64,000 nucleotides of DNA from Parcubacteria group bacterium (GCA_041660065.1 JBAZXC010000001.1:72535-136534); one strand, 5' to 3'. Counted from the stretch's first letter, positions 48,539-57,971 are shown. A program made the numbers and translations. The notes: generated by a model from the sequence alone, not told the origin.

Positions 48539-49228
48539 ATGATGGATATTCACGCTTTTTCACATACATGTGGGATTAGTATTGTTAATCCTGATCTTTT
48601 TATTGAGGCGATGACACATCGCTCATATCTCAATGAGAACAAAAATCACAAGCATCCGCACAATGAGCGCTTGGAGTTTCTGGGCGATGCTGTTTTGGAA
48701 CTCATTGTGACGGAATATCTTTTTCAGAATTTTCACAATCCTGAAGGTGAATTGACGGCATGGCGCGCAGCACTCGTCAATGGAGAAATGCTTGCAGTCG
48801 TTGCGCATGAGATTGGCATTGAGAGTTTTTTGCTTATGAGTAGAGGAGAATCCAAGGATACAGGCAAGGCGCGTAATTACTTATTGGCAAATGCAATTGA
48901 GGCGATCATCGGAGCGATCTATTTGGACCAAGGATATGACGCGGCAAAAGAATTTATCACTATGCACATTATAAAGCATATTAATGAAATTTTAGAAAAA
49001 AAATTATATTTGGATCCAAAAAGCTTTTTCCAAGAAAAGGCGCAAGAAGCGGTAAATGTTACGCCACATTATAAATTGATCAGCGAGTCTGGGCCGGATC
49101 ATGATCGTGTGTTTATTGTGGGCGTGTATCTGAGTGATGAAAAAGTGGCAGAAGGCAGTGGTAGAAGTAAACAAGAAGCACAGCGCGAAGCGGCACGTAT
49201 TGCTTTGGAAGTTAAAAAATGGCTCTAG
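48539..49228 (+). CDS. rnc: Ribonuclease III
   Basis: 'NERLEFLGDAVL', 'EAIIGAIYLD'; dsRBD 'GRSKQEAQREAA'. Confidence 0.97.
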   Translation: MMDIHAFSHTCGISIVNPDLFIEAMTHRSYLNENKNHKHPHNERLEFLGDAVLELIVTEYLFQNFHNPEGELTAWRAALVNGEMLAVVAHEIGIESFLLMSRGESKDTGKARNYLLANAIEAIIGAIYLDQGYDAAKEFITMHIIKHINEILEKKLYLDPKSFFQEKAQEAVNVTPHYKLISESGPDHDRVFIVGVYLSDEKVAEGSGRSKQEAQREAARIALEVKKWL

Positions 49229-49295
49229 CTCAAATGATACGGTGAACAGACTTTTGTAAAAAAGCATCATGCGTTTGTCGCATGATACGCTTTTT

Positions 49296-50144
49296 TTATT
49301 TTACGACAGGATAGTTGTATTTTTCCCATGCGTCAAAACCACCTTTTATTGTTTTTGTGTTAATGAAATTGAGATCATAGAGGAGGGCACCTGCTTCAAA
49401 GCTGAGGGTGTCATTTGCGCCATAAACAAATATTTTATAGCCACTTGGCAGTGTATCATAGTGATATTCTAATTCAGAGAAGGGAATATTAATTGATCCT
49501 GCAATGTGACCTGTCGCAAAATTACCGGGACGTCGCGTATCAAGGATGACGGTCTTTTTCATCTCTTCCAGATTTTTAATGATCATGAAAACATCACGTG
49601 GTTCTACAAACTGCACTTTGCTTGTGTTTGCAAATGTTTGTTCCGTTGTTGGTGCAATGAGGGAATAACCGTTATTTGTCCATTGCGCAATGCCACCAGA
49701 GAGATTAAAAACCGTATTATTGGTCGGGGTGATGTCCTTATAGTAGGAGATGATCGTAGACTCGTCACCGGTAGCTGTGACGAGTATGATCGTGTCATGC
49801 AATTGCGTTGACGCAATATCGTTAATGGGATAGCTGCCCGCAATATGACCGGCATCGAATAATGATCTGTCGCGCATGTCAATGATCATCATATGTGCAC
49901 GATCTGTAAGGATTTTTGTGGAAAGTTCCTTTGCATCGATCTGTGGAATAACGGTTTTGACAGCGGGGGTTTCATCAGCATTGCTTATTTCTGTGTCAGA
50001 AGATTTTGTGCTAGTCTCGATCATTGTGTCATCTTTTGCATCTTTTTCATTTTTGATGGTAGTATAGCGTGTCATTGTCCACACCAAAAGACCTACAATG
50101 ATAATTGCAAGTGCAACGATAATGTTTTTATCAGTCTTTTTCAT
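49296..50144 (-). CDS. Membrane-anchored tandem rhodanese-like protein
   Basis: Two 'D.R...F..GHIAGS' repeats, 'LSGGIAQW', 'GGFDAW'; no catalytic Cys. Confidence 0.8.
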   Translation of the reverse strand: MKKTDKNIIVALAIIIVGLLVWTMTRYTTIKNEKDAKDDTMIETSTKSSDTEISNADETPAVKTVIPQIDAKELSTKILTDRAHMMIIDMRDRSLFDAGHIAGSYPINDIASTQLHDTIILVTATGDESTIISYYKDITPTNNTVFNLSGGIAQWTNNGYSLIAPTTEQTFANTSKVQFVEPRDVFMIIKNLEEMKKTVILDTRRPGNFATGHIAGSINIPFSELEYHYDTLPSGYKIFVYGANDTLSFEAGALLYDLNFINTKTIKGGFDAWEKYNYPVVK

Positions 50145-50162
50145 GATATTTCTCGCATAATT

Positions 50163-51410
50163 TTAGTGAAGGACAGCACCTTCGAAATCTTTGTATCCGT
50201 TCAAAAAATCATATACTGGCATGACAGCTTTGCATTCCGGCTGGATTGATTCGAGGATGATCGCAGTGTCAAAGGTTTTTATACATAGTTGGTCACGCGC
50301 AATAAATACTGTCCCTGGGAGAAGATCTTTTTGTTCATCTGATAATTCGCCCGTAAAGGGATAAATGCCACGAAGCTTGATGCGGATGATGTGGCTTTCT
50401 CGAACCTCCCAATATCCAAAAATGCCAGGCCACGGATACAATGCGCGATAGCGATTGTAGATCTCTTCCGTTGTATCAGTCCATTGGATATGGCCGTCTT
50501 CACGGTCGATCATTTGACAGAGTGTTGCTTGCGCAGAATCCTGCTCCGTCGGTGTGATGGAGTGATCTAAGATTTTTGGGCATGTTTCGATGAACAACTT
50601 TGCGCCAACGCGAGAGAGTTTTTGCGTAAGTTCATCTGCTTTTTCATGATCCTCAATCGTCACTTTCTCTTGTGCAAAAATAGCACCGGTATCCATACCA
50701 GTATCCATGCGCATAATGGTTACACCAGTCTCTTTGTATCCAAGGAGAAGAGCATTTTGAATTGGGGATGATCCGCGTAGTTTTGGAAGAAGTGATGTGT
50801 GAATGTTTATGGCGCCAATTTTAGGAATTTTAAGGACTTCTTGCGGTAATATTTTGCCATAAGAAGCAACGACGATCGCATCTGGTGCGATGCTCTTTAT
50901 TTTATCAATAGTTTCTGCATCAAACTTATATGGTTGGATGAGAGGGATATTGTTCTGCATGGCGACATCTCGAACAGGATTTAAGGCAAGTGCACGATTG
51001 ATCCCGGTTTTTTTTCTGCCAAGTTTTTTTTCTGGCTGTGTTATGACTGCTGCGAGATTGCATTTGGCATGTGCAAGCATTTCATTGAGAATGTGCGATG
51101 CAAACTCTCCTGTACCCATAAAAATCGTTTTGATCGTGCCGGTATGCTTTTTGGGAAAAGGTTTCTTTTCTTGTGTTGGCAAAGGGGCTTCTGCCGGCGA
51201 GGGCGATTGCGTCAGCGGTGTTTCGGCAGGTGTAGAAGTCTCTGCATTTTGCAGTTGCGTCTCATCTGAATCTTTCAAAAGAGAGACCGGGTTTTCCTGG
51301 AGGTTTTCTGTTGAGATGTCTTCGTGCACAGACACAGGCGACTCGTGTGTGTCGGCATCAATAGTGATGTTTTTTGGTTTAACCTTTTTGATGTCTTCTA
51401 ATATGCTCAT
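50163..51410 (-). CDS. fmt: Methionyl-tRNA formyltransferase with an N-terminal extension
   Basis: 'IFMGT', 'ASYGKILP', 'NIHTSLLPKLRG', 'MDTG', 'PWPG'. Confidence 0.93.
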   Translation of the reverse strand: MSILEDIKKVKPKNITIDADTHESPVSVHEDISTENLQENPVSLLKDSDETQLQNAETSTPAETPLTQSPSPAEAPLPTQEKKPFPKKHTGTIKTIFMGTGEFASHILNEMLAHAKCNLAAVITQPEKKLGRKKTGINRALALNPVRDVAMQNNIPLIQPYKFDAETIDKIKSIAPDAIVVASYGKILPQEVLKIPKIGAINIHTSLLPKLRGSSPIQNALLLGYKETGVTIMRMDTGMDTGAIFAQEKVTIEDHEKADELTQKLSRVGAKLFIETCPKILDHSITPTEQDSAQATLCQMIDREDGHIQWTDTTEEIYNRYRALYPWPGIFGYWEVRESHIIRIKLRGIYPFTGELSDEQKDLLPGTVFIARDQLCIKTFDTAIILESIQPECKAVMPVYDFLNGYKDFEGAVLH

Positions 51411-51424
51411 ATGGATTTTTATGA

Positions 51425-51925
51425 CTATGAAATATTTATTTCTTCACGAATGGCCTTCTGTTGAGCATAACGATCGGTGATCAATATACCATTTAAATGG
51501 TCGATCTCATGCTGGCAAACAACGGCGAGAAGGGCGCTGGCCTTTAGTTTATTTTTCATCCCGTTTGCATCAATGTACTGTACAGTGATTTTTTGATGGC
51601 GGATGATCGGTAATTCTTGATCGGGCACACTGAGACAGCCCTCCGTAAAGATGATCATTTCCGGCGATCGTGTGATGATCTTTGGATTGATCAGCGTGAA
51701 CTGCTGGCCGTCGAGATCGATCACAGCGATTTGTTTTGACACATTGATCTGTGGTGCCGCGAGTCCGACGCCGTTCTCAAGTTTCATGATCTCATACATG
51801 CGCGTGATAAGACCTTGCATTTCAGCACTTCCGATGTCTGACGCGGACGCTGCCTTTTTGCCCAAAACAGGATCACCAATCTCTATAATATTGCCACTGT
51901 GGGCATTTTTCTGATGGTATAACAT
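51425..51925 (-). CDS. def: Peptide deformylase
   Basis: 'GVGLAAPQ', 'EGCLS', 'QHEIDHLNG'. Confidence 0.95.
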   Translation of the reverse strand: MLYHQKNAHSGNIIEIGDPVLGKKAASASDIGSAEMQGLITRMYEIMKLENGVGLAAPQINVSKQIAVIDLDGQQFTLINPKIITRSPEMIIFTEGCLSVPDQELPIIRHQKITVQYIDANGMKNKLKASALLAVVCQHEIDHLNGILITDRYAQQKAIREEINIS

Positions 51926-52085
51926 ACCTGTATTATGACGTATTTTTTGACTGTAGTCAAAAAGAATTGCGGCTACGAATTTTTGACATTTGGGGTGTGT
52001 CATGCGATGATGGTCTATTCAGTCCAATGGGGGACTGAGAACGTGTTTTTTTACATCATACACAAAGAAAAGGGAGGTGATGAGT

Positions 52086-52794
52086 ATGCGATGCCTTTCG
52101 CGAGGCATATATGCTGTGCCCCACAGACACATGGATCAAGGGATTGGCTTGTGCGGTGGCAGTGCGGCATCCGGTATTTTTCCCCGAAGTGAATTTTGGC
52201 GGGGATAATAAAATGGAACAGCTGATCGAAAAAGTCGATCTGGCAACGCTTGACGGTGTGATCAAAGATGAAAACCCGGATCTGTGGCGCAGACATCGAT
52301 TTGTCGCGGTGAAATTTATCGTCAATCGCGCAGTGACACATGAGCTCGTCCGGCACCGCCCGTGTTCGTTCTTGCAGGAAAGCCAGCGGTACTGTAATTA
52401 TGGTCTGGACCGTTTTGATAAGCGGGTGACATTCATCAAGCCGTTATTTTTCCCCGAGGATTCAGAGGAATATCAGGATTGGCTGGAGGCTGTAGAATTC
52501 ACAGCAAAAAAATATTTTAAGCTTCTCAAAACGTCAACACCGCAGGCGGCACGTACCGTATTCGCAAACAGTTGCAAGACGGAGATCATCGTTTTTACCA
52601 ACATCGAACAATGGAATCACATCCTGCATCTTCGCACAAGTTCCGCAGCAGAGCCGTCCATGCGCGAGGTTATGATCCCATTGCAAAAGGCAATGCAGGA
52701 GATGTTCCCGCGAGACTCATTTGATAAGCGGATTCCCGAGGCATATGCTCAGTTTCCATGGGAGTGGGATGCATTTTGTCTGGAATATCCGTGA
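52086..52794 (+). pseudogene. thyX: FAD-dependent thymidylate synthase, N-terminally truncated / internally deleted
   Basis: 'HELVRHRPCSFLQESQRY', 'QAAR', 'LRT...A'; the SD-led ATG at 52086 is out of frame with the 52111-52794 ORF. Confidence 0.65.
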
Positions 52795-52820
52795 CGCGCT
52801 GTTTTTGTGAGATGTATTAT

Positions 52821-52859
52821 ACCGCCTATGGGAGAATTCCTGTAGGCGGTCTATTTTTT
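52821..52859 (+). terminator. Intrinsic terminator
   Basis: ACCGCCTATGGGA/TCCTGTAGGCGGT plus U tract. Confidence 0.65.
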
Positions 52860-52913
52860 GAGTTATTATATAAATAATGGTACGATAGCTTTGATAAAAG
52901 ATGTATCAAAAAT

Positions 52914-53398
52914 ATGTTAAAAATTGCGTGTAAAAATAATTTTGACAAAATAGTTGATGTGCCAGCGGATAAATTCGTCTTTCGTCCCAGTGCGTACGGT
53001 GTGATCGTTCAAGATGATCGTGTGCTTATGTTGCGCAATAGAAGTAATGGAAAATTGTGGTTTCCTGGTGGCGGTGTGGATATTGGTGAAAAGATCGATA
53101 ATGGATTGTACAGAGAAATGCAAGATGAGACGGGGTTGCAGGTCGAGATCAATAATATGGTTCTTTTTAAAGAGAATTTTTTTACTATCAACCATTAGAT
53201 GAGGCATATCATGCGTTCCTATTCTTTTTTGCATGTACTGTGACGGGTGGCACATTGCATCATGATGAGCTTGTAGATGATCGAGAGTCCACAAAACCTC
53301 GATGGATTGATCGCACAACGCTTAAAAAAGAGGATATAAGCGATTTACAAGATGATCTGTACCATCTCATTACTCATTTTGAGGAATATATTTTTTAA
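52914..53398 (+). pseudogene. NUDIX hydrolase split by a -1 frameshift at a T7 tract
   Basis: Nudix box 'FPGGGVDIGE...REMQDETG'; the -1 frame continues 'YYQPLDEAYHAFLFFFACTVTGG...KPRWID' to TAA at 53398. Confidence 0.8.
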
Positions 53399-53590
53399 AT
53401 AGTCCAGTCGTATTTTGTCAGATTGTTAGTTGATCTCACTAAAATCCTGCGTCTTGTCAGGTCGCAATTACTGAGAGAAGTTGTCTACAGGTCTACCTAT
53501 CTAATTATCTAATAATCCAGTTATTTTTTTCTTTGAATATTATAAAAAAAGTGGTAGAATGGTGGGGTTAAATCCTTACTTTTTGATCCT

Positions 53591-53920
53591 ATGAATTTCA
53601 GTGAATATCAAAGTGAATCACGCAAAACAGCGCTGTATCCTGATGTGGGGAAGAATTTCGTCTATCCGACGCTTGGGTTGGCGGGTGAGGCGGGGGAAGT
53701 GGCGGACAAGCTCAAAAAGACGATCCGTGATGATGGCGGTGTTTTGACAGCAGAAAAAAAACAGGAAGTAGGCAAGGAATTGGGCGATGTGCTTTGGTAC
53801 GTGGCACAGGTTGCGTCGGAGCTTGGACTGTCGCTTGATGAAGTCGCACAGGCAAATTTGGAGAAATTATTTAGTCGTAAAGAGCGCGGGACATTGACCG
53901 GGAGCGGAGACAATCGATAG
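53591..53920 (+). CDS. MazG-like NTP pyrophosphohydrolase
   Basis: 'LGLAGEAGEVADKLKK', 'KELGDVLWY', 'GSGDNR'. Confidence 0.9.
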   Translation: MNFSEYQSESRKTALYPDVGKNFVYPTLGLAGEAGEVADKLKKTIRDDGGVLTAEKKQEVGKELGDVLWYVAQVASELGLSLDEVAQANLEKLFSRKERGTLTGSGDNR

Positions 53921-53966
53921 AAAGAAGAGGTATATGTCATTGGAAATAGGATAAGAAATACGATGT

Positions 53967-54365
53967 ATGTCAGAAGATTATCACAAAAGCATTTATAGTT
54001 ATACGGATTTGGATGTTTATAAGAGAGCATATAAATTGTCTATTATTGTATGTACAAAGTTGATCATCAAGTTGCCAAAAGAAGAGCAATTCGTTCTTGT
54101 GGATCAGTTGCGAAGATCGTTCAAAGCAATACCGCGTTTGATTGCAGAGGGATTTGGTAAAAAACATCAGAAAAAAGGTTTTCAAAAATATTTAGATGAT
54201 GCAATTGCTGAAAATAATGAAACGATTGTGAGCCTTTCACATGTACGAGATATTTACCATAAGTGTGTAAATAAATCATCAATAGAAAAAATGATCAGTG
54301 AATATGAGATTGTGGGCAAACAACTGTTTAGATTAAAACAAAGTTGGAACAAATTTTCTCAATGA
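53967..54365 (+). CDS. Four helix bundle protein (23S rRNA IVP / Avd-like family)
   Basis: 'DLDVYKRA', 'LPKEEQFVLVDQLRRS', 'IAEGFG', 'NET'. Confidence 0.9.
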   Translation: MSEDYHKSIYSYTDLDVYKRAYKLSIIVCTKLIIKLPKEEQFVLVDQLRRSFKAIPRLIAEGFGKKHQKKGFQKYLDDAIAENNETIVSLSHVRDIYHKCVNKSSIEKMISEYEIVGKQLFRLKQSWNKFSQ

Positions 54366-54422
54366 ACCAAAAAACAAATATCCGATGACTATTCCTAATG
54401 CTAATAACTTAACCTTATAACT

Positions 54423-55898
54423 ATGTCAAAAAAGTATAACGTGACAATCGGTATGGAGATCCATGTGGAGCTCAAGACAGAGTCAAAGATGTTTTCCGGT
54501 GCGCCAAATCATTTGGGTATGGAGAAGACGCCAAACATGTCGATCGATCCCGTGACGATGGCGCTGCCGGGCAGTTTGCCGGTGCCAAACAGGAAGGCGA
54601 TCGAATTTGTCCAAAAAGCGGGACTCGCATTGGACTGTGAGATCGCGCGCAAAAGCAAATTTGATCGCAAAAATTATTTTTATCCCGATCTGCCAAAGGG
54701 GTATCAGATCTCGCAATACGATATGCCTCTGTGTGAGCATGGCAAGGTGATGATCGGCGATAAAGAGGTTGGCATTACGCGTATCCACATGGAAGAGGAC
54801 ACAGGGAAATCCACGCATCCGGCCGGTGCGTCATATTCCCTTGTGGATCTCAATCGTGCGGGTGTGCCTCTTATGGAACTCGTGACCGAGCCGGATATCA
54901 CCAGCGGAGCGCAGGCGAGAATGTTTTGTCAGAAGTTACAGCAGATCTTTCGCTATATCGATATCGCCGATGCGGATATGGAAAAAGGACAGATGCGCTG
55001 TGAGGTGAACATTTCTCTTTATAAAGAAGGTGCCGATCGTCTTAGTGGACAGAAGGTGGAGGTAAAAAATCTCAGTTCATTTCGTGTTGTAGAAAGAGCG
55101 ATCGATTATGAGATCGAACGGCAAGCCAAGGCGTTGGATGGTGGCGAAGTGATCGTGCAAGAGACGCGCGGATGGGATGATGCAAAAGGTAAGACTGTAT
55201 CACAACGCAAAAAAGAAAATGCGCATGATTATCGCTATTTCCCGGAGCCGGATATTCCGCCGATGACATTTACCGACGAGTACGTGGAGCAATTGCGTCG
55301 TACTTTGCCGGAGTTGCCGCGACAAAAGGAAGAGCGTTTTATCAAAGAATACGGTCTGAGTGTGCAAAACTGCTCTGTAATCACGGCGGATATCGCGATG
55401 GCAAATTACTTTGAGCATGTTGTCAGTGAGATCATGGAAAAAAAGGCGTCCGGTGAAATGCGATCCGAACCCGAAAAGGCCATAAAACTTGCCGCAAACT
55501 ATTTGGTCAGCGAAGTGCAAAAACATCTCGTCAAAGAAGGACAGAGCATTGATGATATAAAAATTTCCGCGGAGAATTTTGCCGAACTCATGGCAATCGT
55601 TGCAGATGGCACGATCAATTCGTCGGCGGCACAGATCGTTTTGGAAGAAATGTTTTATGGTAAGGACGATGACCCAAGTCATATTATCGAAGCAAAAAAT
55701 CTCTCACAGGTGTCAGACACGGGTGCATTGGAACAGCATGTCGATGACGTTCTTGCGCAGAATGCACAGTCTGTGGAGGATTACAAAGCCGGCAAAGAAA
55801 ATGCGATCAAGTACCTTATGGGACAAGTAATGAAAGTTTCCGGCGGAAAAGCCAATCCACAAATGGTGATGGAGATCTTGAAAGAAAAGTTGAAATAA
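54423..55898 (+). CDS. gatB: Asp/Glu-tRNA amidotransferase subunit B
   Basis: 'IGMEIHVEL', 'RKNYFYPDLPKGYQISQ', 'HMEEDTGK', 'DYRYFPEPD', 'GKANP'. Confidence 0.97.
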   Translation: MSKKYNVTIGMEIHVELKTESKMFSGAPNHLGMEKTPNMSIDPVTMALPGSLPVPNRKAIEFVQKAGLALDCEIARKSKFDRKNYFYPDLPKGYQISQYDMPLCEHGKVMIGDKEVGITRIHMEEDTGKSTHPAGASYSLVDLNRAGVPLMELVTEPDITSGAQARMFCQKLQQIFRYIDIADADMEKGQMRCEVNISLYKEGADRLSGQKVEVKNLSSFRVVERAIDYEIERQAKALDGGEVIVQETRGWDDAKGKTVSQRKKENAHDYRYFPEPDIPPMTFTDEYVEQLRRTLPELPRQKEERFIKEYGLSVQNCSVITADIAMANYFEHVVSEIMEKKASGEMRSEPEKAIKLAANYLVSEVQKHLVKEGQSIDDIKISAENFAELMAIVADGTINSSAAQIVLEEMFYGKDDDPSHIIEAKNLSQVSDTGALEQHVDDVLAQNAQSVEDYKAGKENAIKYLMGQVMKVSGGKANPQMVMEILKEKLK

Positions 55899-55920
55899 TC
55901 ACTGTTGCGGTGTAATGCTC

Positions 55921-56297
55921 GTTGTCATTCCCGCGCAGCCTGCCTGCCGGTAGGCAGGGCGGGAATCCAGATTTGTCTATGAAAAACTATTTTGTTTATA
56001 TATTGGCAAGCAAAAGAAATGGCACTCTTTATATTGGTATAACGAGCAATTTGCAAAGACGCATATATGAGCATAAAACAAAACAGATTAAAGGATTCAC
56101 AGAAAGATATGGCGTAGATCATCTTGTATATTTTGAGCAGACGACGGATGTGTACAGTGCTCTAACAAGGGAAAAACAATTAAAAAAGTATAACAGACTA
56201 TGGAAATTGCGATTGATTGAAGAACAGAATCCGCAGTGGCAGGATCTTTCAGAAGATTTGTAATATTCTAGATTCCCGCCTTCGCGGGAATGACAAC
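55921..56297 (+). mobile_element. GIY-YIG gene bracketed by inverted GTCATTCCC repeats
   Basis: Left GTTGTCATTCCCGCGCAG[+20 bp]GCGGGAATCCAG; right CTAGATTCCCGCCTTCGCGGGAATGACAAC. Confidence 0.75.
55979..56263 (+). CDS. Small GIY-YIG nuclease family protein
   Basis: 'YFVYILASKRNGTLYIGITSNLQRRIYEHK', 'REKQLKK.NR.WK', 'NPQWQDL'. Confidence 0.92.
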   Translation: MKNYFVYILASKRNGTLYIGITSNLQRRIYEHKTKQIKGFTERYGVDHLVYFEQTTDVYSALTREKQLKKYNRLWKLRLIEEQNPQWQDLSEDL

Positions 56298-56355
56298 ATA
56301 TAATAATCTTGAAAGAAAAGTTGAGATAATTATGTTGTGATATTGGGAATGGGCA

Positions 56356-56413
56356 TTGTCATTCCTGTGCAACCTGCCTGCCGGTAGGCAGGGTAGGCAG
56401 GGCAGGAATCCAG
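56356..56413. repeat. GTCATTCC REP carrying a nested CCTGCCTGCCGGTAGGCAGG insert
   Basis: GTCATTCCTGTGCAA + 20-mer + GTAGGCAGG + GCAGGAATCCAG. Confidence 0.8.
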
Positions 56414-56418
56414 ATCTA

Positions 56419-56994
56419 TTAGATCAACACATTGATGTGGAAGAAATAGTAGATCGTGCCAATCACTTCATGGATGAAAAATTGGGGCTCTTTGAAGTAG
56501 CGACCGTGATAGTAGTTTGCACGGTGGAGAGAAAAATCTGTAATGCCATGTTGTCTCGCAAGGACGGCGATGCGTCCGAGATGAAAGTCATTGGAAACAA
56601 AGACAAAACTTTTATTTTTGGGGAGATTTTTGATCGTGGCGTGCGTGTTGAGTCCGTTGTAATCCTCGATGATGTCTTCGGTGGCAACGTTGTTTTTTTG
56701 CGCCAAGTCTAGCATGACGTCTACTTCGTGTGCGCCATACGTACTGGGACCGCCGGAAAGAACAAGGCAGGACACAGTATTATTCTTATATAATCCAATG
56801 CCGGTCATTGTGCGGTCATAGAGTGCATGTGATGGGATGGCATCACGCCACACGGCAGCACCAAACACCACAGCGCAATCTTTTGGCTCTGTGGATGCAT
56901 GGAAATAATTTGCAATTGTGTAAAATGCGCTTGCAAAGATGACTGTAAATATTATAGCAATCAGCGCAATGCAGATCTTGATGAATTTTTTCAT
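56419..56994 (-). CDS. YdcF/SanA (DUF218) family protein
   Basis: 'VVFGAAV', 'LSGG', 'GLNT', 'VSNDFHLGR'. Confidence 0.88.
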   Translation of the reverse strand: MKKFIKICIALIAIIFTVIFASAFYTIANYFHASTEPKDCAVVFGAAVWRDAIPSHALYDRTMTGIGLYKNNTVSCLVLSGGPSTYGAHEVDVMLDLAQKNNVATEDIIEDYNGLNTHATIKNLPKNKSFVFVSNDFHLGRIAVLARQHGITDFSLHRANYYHGRYFKEPQFFIHEVIGTIYYFFHINVLI

Positions 56995-56997
56995 GAG

Positions 56998-57948
56998 TTA
57001 TGGTGTGTATAAAAATTTCTTTGCAAATGTATGTGCTTCTTTCTCTTTTGTAATACGCCTGATCGGTGCATTTTGTTTCTCCCAGCGGCGGATCCAGGTC
57101 TCTTGTCTTTTGGCATAGTGTTTGAGGTCGCGGATCGTATTGTCGCGCATGAGATCAAATGAGACTTGTCCTCGCACATAGCGTGTACACCACTTGTACT
57201 CCAGTCCAAAGCTTTCCAAACGTGACCAAGGCACATGAAGGGTATGATGTGCATGGATGATCTCGTCAAAAATGCCGGTATCAAACCATGTGTCCATGCG
57301 TTTTTCAATGCGCGCGTTTAGTATATCACGCGGATGCATGATTGCGAGGATGAGGTCGCTCTGCGGATCGATCGGTATGCGCTTTTCTTGCGGTACGCTT
57401 CCAAGTGCTGTGGCGATTTCGATCGCGCGGATGAGTCGGACAGGATTATTGGGATCGATCTTTTGCGCATAGATGGGATCCAGTGATCGCAGTGTGGCGA
57501 GTAATTGTGTGCATGTTGATTTTTGCAACGATGTGCGTAAAGGAGGATTTGGCAGTACGGAGGGGAATACCGCATTTTCAATGAGTGCTTGTGCCCAAAA
57601 CAGTGTGCCACCGCAGATGATCGGCAATTTTTTCCTTTGCTGGATGTCTTTTTGAATGCGCATGGCTTTGCGAACAAATTTTCCTGCGTTGTATGGGGTG
57701 TTGGGATGGACAATATCGATCATGTGATGACGAATGCCATTGGAAAGATAGACGGATTTCTTGCAACCGGAAAAATCCGTATACAACGTAAGATGTCCGG
57801 GTTCTTTGCCGGTGCCAATTGTAAGGTTGCGGTGGATTTGGCGCGAGTCTGCACTGATGATCTCACCGGAAAATTGCTTCGCCAGAGCAATGGCGATAGC
57901 TGATTTGCCTGAGGCAGTCGGTCCGATGATGGTGATACGCTTCGGCAT
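56998..57948 (-). CDS. miaA: tRNA dimethylallyltransferase
   Basis: 'GPTASGKS', 'SADSRQ', 'GGT', 'RLIRAIE', 'YAKRQETW'. Confidence 0.95.
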   Translation of the reverse strand: MPKRITIIGPTASGKSAIAIALAKQFSGEIISADSRQIHRNLTIGTGKEPGHLTLYTDFSGCKKSVYLSNGIRHHMIDIVHPNTPYNAGKFVRKAMRIQKDIQQRKKLPIICGGTLFWAQALIENAVFPSVLPNPPLRTSLQKSTCTQLLATLRSLDPIYAQKIDPNNPVRLIRAIEIATALGSVPQEKRIPIDPQSDLILAIMHPRDILNARIEKRMDTWFDTGIFDEIIHAHHTLHVPWSRLESFGLEYKWCTRYVRGQVSFDLMRDNTIRDLKHYAKRQETWIRRWEKQNAPIRRITKEKEAHTFAKKFLYTP

Positions 57949-57971
57949 ATGGTTTTTTGTGCATATGACAA

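Noticed and set aside
53967-54365. Diversity-generating retroelement (Avd-like gene)
   Set aside because: No reverse transcriptase or TR/VR pair was seen in the window.
55922-55978. N-terminal extension 'MSFPRSLPAGRQGGNPDLS' of the GIY-YIG protein
   Set aside because: It is translated repeat sequence; the real start is ATG 55979.
56356-56712. 118-aa + strand ORF
   Set aside because: It starts in a repeat and is antisense to the YdcF-family gene.
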